A DNA stretch of 64,000 bases, taken from positions 96,001 through 160,000 of the forward strand of contig CAMAPH010000001.1 of NCBI GenBank assembly GCA_945859975.1, in the 5' to 3' direction. Below the pieces are notes generated by a model that saw nothing but the letters and a program-made list of their open reading frames with translations, did no database searches and was not told the DNA's origin. Shown here piece by piece: positions 57,186 through 64,000 of this stretch (position 1 is the stretch's first letter; the number at the start of each line of letters is the position of its first letter). Made by a program: the position numbers and the translations under genes. The stretch is from Chthonomonas calidirosea. Its GTDB lineage: Bacteria; Armatimonadota; Fimbriimonadia; Fimbriimonadales; Fimbriimonadaceae.

Positions 57186-57220
57186 AAGCCTTCCCGGGAA
57201 ACCGGGAAGGCTTTTTTGTT
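57186..57220 (+). terminator. Attenuator terminator of the ilv leader
   Basis: AAGCCTTCCCGG-GAAA-CCGGGAAGGCTT then TTTTGTT; 5' arm also complementary to CCCGGGAAG at 57163-57171. Confidence 0.9.
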
Positions 57221-57306
57221 GGGTCCAGCAGTGTCGCTGAGCTCAGCCGCCGAAGGTGGACACCTTCCCCGGTCCGGGTTGGGCAGCGGAAAAACGGACA
57301 ATTTGT

Positions 57307-59030
<1,724 letters not shown>

Positions 59031-59034
<4 letters not shown>

Positions 59035-59519
59035 GGCACACCCAAGAGCACACCGTCACCGCCCTCGTTCACAACGAGCACGGAACCCTGAACCGCATGA
59101 TCAGCCTCTTCCGACGCCGCGGCTTCTCGCTGAGCAGCCTCGCCGTCGGCGACTGCGAAGAGCCCGGTCTGAGCCGAATGTCCATCGTCGTCAACGCCGA
59201 CGACAACATGCTTCGGCAATGCGTCATGCAGCTCGAAAAAGCCGTCGATGTCGTCTCCGTCGAGTCTCTCGATGGCAAGGAATACGTTCACCGGGAACTC
59301 GCCTTCATCCAGGTCGACGCCCCGCCGGAGAAGCGATCCGAGATCATCGACATCTCGCGGGTGCTGAACTGCGAAATCGTTCACCTCGGGCTCAAAACAA
59401 TGACCGTTCAGGTCGTCGCCAACGCCCGCAAAATCCAAGGCCTAATCCGCCTTCTCGAACCTTACGGTATCAAGAAAATAGTCCGCTCTGGCACGGTTGC
59501 CATGAGCGCAGAGGAGTGA
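59031..59519 (+). CDS. ilvN: Acetolactate synthase small (regulatory) subunit
   Basis: ACT domain LNRMISLFRRRGF, QLEKAVDV, RELAFI, VRSGTVAM. Confidence 0.94.
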
Positions 59520-59525
59520 TTCAAC

Positions 59526-60539
59526 ATGGCAAAGGTTTATTACACACAAGACACCAATACTGAGCTGGCTAAGTCACTCAACATCGTCGTTATCGGCTAC
59601 GGATCGCAAGGCCACGCCCACGCGCAGAACCTAAAAGACAGCGGCTGTGAAGTCCGCGTCGCCCTCCACCCGACCAGCAAGAGCATCGCAAAGGCAGAAG
59701 CCGACGGCCTCACCGTCCTAAGCGTCGAGGAAGCCACCAAGTGGGCCGACGTAATCATGTTCTGCACCCCAGACGTGCCGATGCGCGGAATCTATGCCGA
59801 AGCCGTCGCGCCGAACCTGAAACCCGGCACCACCCTCCTCTTCGCCCACGGTTTCAACGTCCACTACGGCTTCATCCAAGCTCCCGAAACCGTCGACATC
59901 GCGATGATCGCGCCGAAGGGCCCCGGACACCGGCTTCGCGCCGAATACGTCCGCGGCGCCGGAATGCCTGCCCTCGTGGCGGTTCAGCAAGACGGCACCG
60001 GTCAGGCCAAAGAGCGCGCCCTTGCCTACGCCTGGGGAATCGGATGCGCCCAGGCCGGCATCTTGGAGACCACCTTCAAGGAAGAAACCGAAACCGACCT
60101 CTTCGGCGAGCAAGCTGTCCTCTGCGGCGGCATCTCCGAACTGATCAAGGCCGGATTCGAGACCCTCGTCGAAGCTGGATACCAACCCGAAGCGGCCTAC
60201 TTCGAGTGCCTGCATGAAACCAAGCTCATCGTCGACCTCCTCTACGAAGGCGGCCTAAGCTACATGCGCTACAGCATCAGCGACACCGCCGAATGGGGCG
60301 ACTACGTCGCCGGACGTCAGGTCATCGGAGCCGAGTCTCGCGCGGCCATGAAGGGCCTACTCTCCGACATCCAAGACGGCTCGTTCGCCAAAAAGTGGAT
60401 CGAAGAAAGCGAGAATGGTGCGCCGACCATGAAAGCCCGCCGAGCCGAAGAGCGCGCCCACCAGATCGAAACCGTCGGTAAAGAGCTTCGCGGCATGATG
60501 CCGTTCCTCGCCGTCAAAGAAGTCCCGTCCGGCTCCTAA
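59526..60539 (+). CDS. ilvC: Ketol-acid reductoisomerase (short, class I)
   Basis: [47 protein letters not shown]. Confidence 0.97.
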   Translation: MAKVYYTQDTNTELAKSLNIVVIGYGSQGHAHAQNLKDSGCEVRVALHPTSKSIAKAEADGLTVLSVEEATKWADVIMFCTPDVPMRGIYAEAVAPNLKPGTTLLFAHGFNVHYGFIQAPETVDIAMIAPKGPGHRLRAEYVRGAGMPALVAVQQDGTGQAKERALAYAWGIGCAQAGILETTFKEETETDLFGEQAVLCGGISELIKAGFETLVEAGYQPEAAYFECLHETKLIVDLLYEGGLSYMRYSISDTAEWGDYVAGRQVIGAESRAAMKGLLSDIQDGSFAKKWIEESENGAPTMKARRAEERAHQIETVGKELRGMMPFLAVKEVPSGS

Positions 60540-60542
60540 AAC

Positions 60543-62099
60543 ATGACCGGAACCGTGCTCGCCACCGAACTTTCTCCGGAGGAATACCTCCGGAGAATCC
60601 GCACCTCTGCGGTTTACAACGTCGCAAGGGTCACGGCCCTGGACGCCGCTCCGCGCCTGAGCCAGCGGCTGCGCCAGCACGTCTGGTTCAAGCGCGAAGA
60701 CCTGCAGCCCATCCATAGCTTCAAAATTCGCGGTGCCTACCAGCGAATGACCGGCCTCGACTCGCAAGCCCTCGCGCTTGGCGTCGTCGCCGCAAGCGCC
60801 GGAAACCATGCCCAAGGCGTCGCCTGGGCCGCCCGAGAACTTGGCACCTCTGCCACCATCGTCGTGCCGGAAACCACTCCCGAGATCAAGCAGTCCGCCA
60901 TCCGCTCCATGGGGGCAACCCTCGAAGTCTTCGGCGACACCTACGACGACGCCTACCATCATGCTTCCGAGATCGCGACCCGATCCGGGCGCGAGTTCAT
61001 CCACCCGTACGATCACCCGGCGACCATCATCGGCCAAGGCACGATCGGCCTCGAGATTTTCAACCAGATCCAAAACGCGGACATCGTGTTCGTTCCTGTG
61101 GGCGGTGGCGGTTTGATTGCCGGCGTCGCCGCCGTGATCAAGCAACTCTCGCCAAACACGAAAGTGATTGGCGTCGAAGCTGACGATGCCGATGCCATGA
61201 CCCAGTCCATGCGCACCGGCGAGCGGGTCGCCCTCTCTTATGTCGGCTCCTTTGCGGATGGCTGCGCGGTTAAGAAGGTCGGCGAAGAGACCTTCCGCCT
61301 CTGCCAAATGTTCGTCGACGACATGATGACCGTCTCCAGCGACGAAATCTGCGCCGCCATTAAAGACGTTTTCGAAGAGCATCGTGCCCTCCCCGAGCCC
61401 GCTGGGGCTCTCGCCGTGGCCGGACTCACCAAGTGGGCACGAACCGCAACGCCCGGACAAAACGCCGTCGCCATTATCTCCGGCGCGAACCTCAACTTCG
61501 ACCGGCTTCACTTCATCGCCGAGCGCACCGCCACCGGATCGGGCCGGGAAATGGTCCTCTCCATCCAGATTCCCGAACAAGCGGGCAGCTTCGTTCGGCT
61601 CTGCCACGCCATCGGCAAGCGCAACCTCACCGAGTTCAACTATCGCTTCGGCGATTCGACCAACGCCACCGTGTTTGCCGGAATCTCCGTCTCTGGCCCC
61701 GCCGATGCCGACGCCCTAAAGCACGGCCTCAGCAAGGCCAAATTCCACTACTCCGACCTGACTCACGACGAGACCGCGAAGCTCCACATTCGCCACCTTG
61801 TCGGCGGCCGCAACCCCGACCCGACCCCGGAGCGGATTTTCCGCGTCGATTTTCCCGAGCGCGCCGGTGCGCTGGCCGCGTTCCTCGATCAGCTCGGATC
61901 GCGCTGGAACATTTCCCTGTTCCACTACCGAAACCACGGCGCCGACCGCGGTCGGGCCCTCGTCGGCTTCCAAGTGCCAACCGAGACCACCACCGACTTC
62001 GACCAATTCACCGTTGCCCAGCCTTTCCCGATGCGCGAAGTGACCGAGTCACCCGCCATCCAAGAATTTCTCACCCACAAAAATCAATATGCCATTTGA
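60543..62099 (+). CDS. ilvA: Biosynthetic threonine ammonia-lyase with regulatory C-terminal domains
   Basis: KREDLQPIHSFKIRGA, SAGNHAQG, GGGGLI, SGANLNF, FPERAGAL, NISLFHYRNHG. Confidence 0.96.
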   Translation: MTGTVLATELSPEEYLRRIRTSAVYNVARVTALDAAPRLSQRLRQHVWFKREDLQPIHSFKIRGAYQRMTGLDSQALALGVVAASAGNHAQGVAWAARELGTSATIVVPETTPEIKQSAIRSMGATLEVFGDTYDDAYHHASEIATRSGREFIHPYDHPATIIGQGTIGLEIFNQIQNADIVFVPVGGGGLIAGVAAVIKQLSPNTKVIGVEADDADAMTQSMRTGERVALSYVGSFADGCAVKKVGEETFRLCQMFVDDMMTVSSDEICAAIKDVFEEHRALPEPAGALAVAGLTKWARTATPGQNAVAIISGANLNFDRLHFIAERTATGSGREMVLSIQIPEQAGSFVRLCHAIGKRNLTEFNYRFGDSTNATVFAGISVSGPADADALKHGLSKAKFHYSDLTHDETAKLHIRHLVGGRNPDPTPERIFRVDFPERAGALAAFLDQLGSRWNISLFHYRNHGADRGRALVGFQVPTETTTDFDQFTVAQPFPMREVTESPAIQEFLTHKNQYAI

Positions 62100-63762
62100 T
62101 CCGAAGCACCAATCCAACACGATTGCCCAAGGCACCGACAAAACCGCCAACCGCGCCATGCTCCGCGCAATGGGCCTGGGAGATCGCGAAATTTACGATC
62201 AGCCCTGGGTCGGCGTGGCCAGCGTTTGGTCCGAGGCCACCCCGTGCAACTGGAACCTCGACGAGCAGGCCCGCTTTATCGCGAACTCCGTCGCGGCATC
62301 CGGCGGCACCCCGCGCCGATTCGACACCATCTCCGTAAGCGACGGCATCGCCATGGGCCACCAGGGCATGAAATGCTCCCTCGTGAGCCGAGAGGTCATC
62401 GCCGATTCCGTCGAGCTCATGATGCGCGGCCACTGCTACGATGCCCTCATCGGCGTCGCCGGGTGCGATAAATCCCTCCCCGGCATGCTCATGGTCATGG
62501 CCCGCCTCAACGTGCCGAGCATCTTCCTCTACGGCGGCACTATCCTCCCCGGCCACATCCACGGAAAGGACGTCACCATTCAAGATGCCTTCGAAGCTGC
62601 GGGCGCCTTCGCCGCCGGAAAAATCGACGCAACCGAACTCAAGAGCGTCGAATGCGCCGTCTGCCCCGGGGCCGGAGCCTGCGGTGGACAGTACACCGCT
62701 AACACGATGGCATGCGTTGCCGAAGCCCTCGGCATGGCCTTGCCCGGCTCGTCATCTCCGCCGGCCGTTTCCACCGAGCGCTCCCTTTTCCTTGCCGAAG
62801 TCGGGCGGCAGATTGTTGAGACCATCCGCCTCGGCATCCTCCCGCGCGATATCATCACCCGCAAGTCGATGGAGAACGCCGTCGCGATTGCGGCTGCAAC
62901 CGGCGGCTCAACCAACGTCGCTCTGCACATCCCCGCCATCGCCCACGAGCTCGGCATCAACTTCACCCTCGACGACATTCAGGCCGTCAGCGAGCGAACC
63001 CCGACCCTCGCCAACCTCCGCCCCGGCGGGAAGTACGTGATGCTCGATTTACATGCCGTCGGCGGCGTTCCGGTGGTGCTCAGGGCCCTCCTCGATGCCG
63101 GTTGCCTCCACGGAGACTGTCTCACCGTCAACGGAAAAACCATGGCCGAGAACCTGGAAGGGATCGAGATTCCCGAGGGTCAAGACGTCGTTCATCCGCA
63201 CACCTCCGCGTTCTATCCCACCGGCGGACTCGCGATTCTCAAGGGCAATCTCGCCCCGGATGGCGGTGTGGTCAAGACGACCGGCGTCACCAATCTCTCC
63301 CACACCGGCCCGGCGCGATGCTTCGACAGCGAGGAACTCGCGATGGCGGCGGTTCAGCGACGCGAAGTCGTTTCGGGCGATGTTGTCGTGATTCGCTACG
63401 AAGGACCGAAAGGCGGCCCCGGAATGCGCGAAATGCTCGGCGTGACATCCGCCATCGTCGGTCAGGGCCTCGGCTACGAAGTCGCTCTCCTTACCGATGG
63501 TCGCTTCAGCGGTGCGACTCGCGGCCTGATGGTCGGCCACGTCGGGCCAGAAGCCTACGACGGTGGCCCGATCGCCCTTGTCCGAGATGGCGACCAGATC
63601 ACCGTCGATGCCACGACCGGCGAAATCTCCGTCGCCGTCACCGACGACGAGTTGGCAGAAAGACGCGCCGCTTGGGTCGCCCCCGAGCGCGTTCTTACCG
63701 GCGTCCTTAAGAAGTACGCCGCCCAAGTCGGTCCGGCTTGCTCGGGCGCGGTGACCGTCTAG
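62089..63762 (+). CDS. ilvD: Dihydroxy-acid dehydratase
   Basis: TPCN, SDGIAMG, GCDKS, CGGQYTANTM, GGSTN, GPGMREML, TDGRFSG. Confidence 0.97.
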   Translation: MPFDPKHQSNTIAQGTDKTANRAMLRAMGLGDREIYDQPWVGVASVWSEATPCNWNLDEQARFIANSVAASGGTPRRFDTISVSDGIAMGHQGMKCSLVSREVIADSVELMMRGHCYDALIGVAGCDKSLPGMLMVMARLNVPSIFLYGGTILPGHIHGKDVTIQDAFEAAGAFAAGKIDATELKSVECAVCPGAGACGGQYTANTMACVAEALGMALPGSSSPPAVSTERSLFLAEVGRQIVETIRLGILPRDIITRKSMENAVAIAAATGGSTNVALHIPAIAHELGINFTLDDIQAVSERTPTLANLRPGGKYVMLDLHAVGGVPVVLRALLDAGCLHGDCLTVNGKTMAENLEGIEIPEGQDVVHPHTSAFYPTGGLAILKGNLAPDGGVVKTTGVTNLSHTGPARCFDSEELAMAAVQRREVVSGDVVVIRYEGPKGGPGMREMLGVTSAIVGQGLGYEVALLTDGRFSGATRGLMVGHVGPEAYDGGPIALVRDGDQITVDATTGEISVAVTDDELAERRAAWVAPERVLTGVLKKYAAQVGPACSGAVTV

Positions 63763-63998
63763 CCGACCGCTGGAACATCGACCGGAACCGAGCCGTTGCG
63801 CAGCGAGTGGGTCGCGCAGACCCCCGCTGCCACGCTCATTCGGGCCGCGAGCGGAGACGTATCCGTTTCGCCACCGTGCTCGATGTAGCGCAAGAACTCT
63901 TCGATAATCCGCGTGTCCGACCCGCCGTGCCCGCCTCGCTCTTCTGCCGGGCGGAACTCGATATCTGCGGGTTCTTCGTACCCATATCGCGGTCGATT
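63759..63998 (-). CDS. C-terminal fragment of a probable Gfo/Idh/MocA oxidoreductase (starts beyond window)
   Basis: Hand translation ...ERGGHGGSDTRIIEEFLRYI...SVAAGVCATHSLRNGSVPVDVPAVG*; GHGGxD motif typical of this family's C-terminus. Confidence 0.65.
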   Translation of the reverse strand, partial: NRPRYGYEEPADIEFRPAEERGGHGGSDTRIIEEFLRYIEHGGETDTSPLAARMSVAAGVCATHSLRNGSVPVDVPAVG

Positions 63999-64000
63999 CC

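Overview
Bacterial chromosomal segment with no rRNA, tRNA, CRISPR array, transposase or integrase seen. The host is probably Armatimonadota (Fimbriimonas-like). This is an inference from the [32 protein letters not shown] prepilin-like gene and the overall gene content. From left to right it contains: (1) a lower-GC, fully overlap-coupled sugar-utilisation operon (LacI, ABC transporter, DUF5107-TPR protein, GH2, NPCBM-GH30) with duplicated operator boxes; (2) a five-gene yeh-like cassette (SWIM, DUF5691, MoxR AAA+, DUF5682, VWA); (3) a secreted NlpC/P60-like protein behind 11-bp-phased direct repeats; (4) GH43, an amidohydrolase, an FG-GAP surface protein, recQ and an ATPase; (5) a xylan-type cluster (GH8, CE7, GH36-like, CE15, GH30); (6) two inverted Tat-exported Gfo/Idh/MocA paralogues that bracket DUF1080, a GNAT, a CxxC beta-barrel candidate and a cysD-cysNC / prepilin / lipoprotein / TPR-sulfotransferase block; (7) an ilvBNC-ilvA-ilvD operon. 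The most interesting signals not covered by the ORF track are a Val/Leu/Ile-rich 33-aa leader peptide with a terminator/antiterminator upstream of ilvB, a candidate PAPS-dependent protein-sulfation module, pervasive TANNNT+6 nt leaderless starts, and a hairpin plus strong-SD small ORF (or anti-SD sRNA) near 56.1-56.2 kb. Family calls come from motif recognition only; no database search was run.
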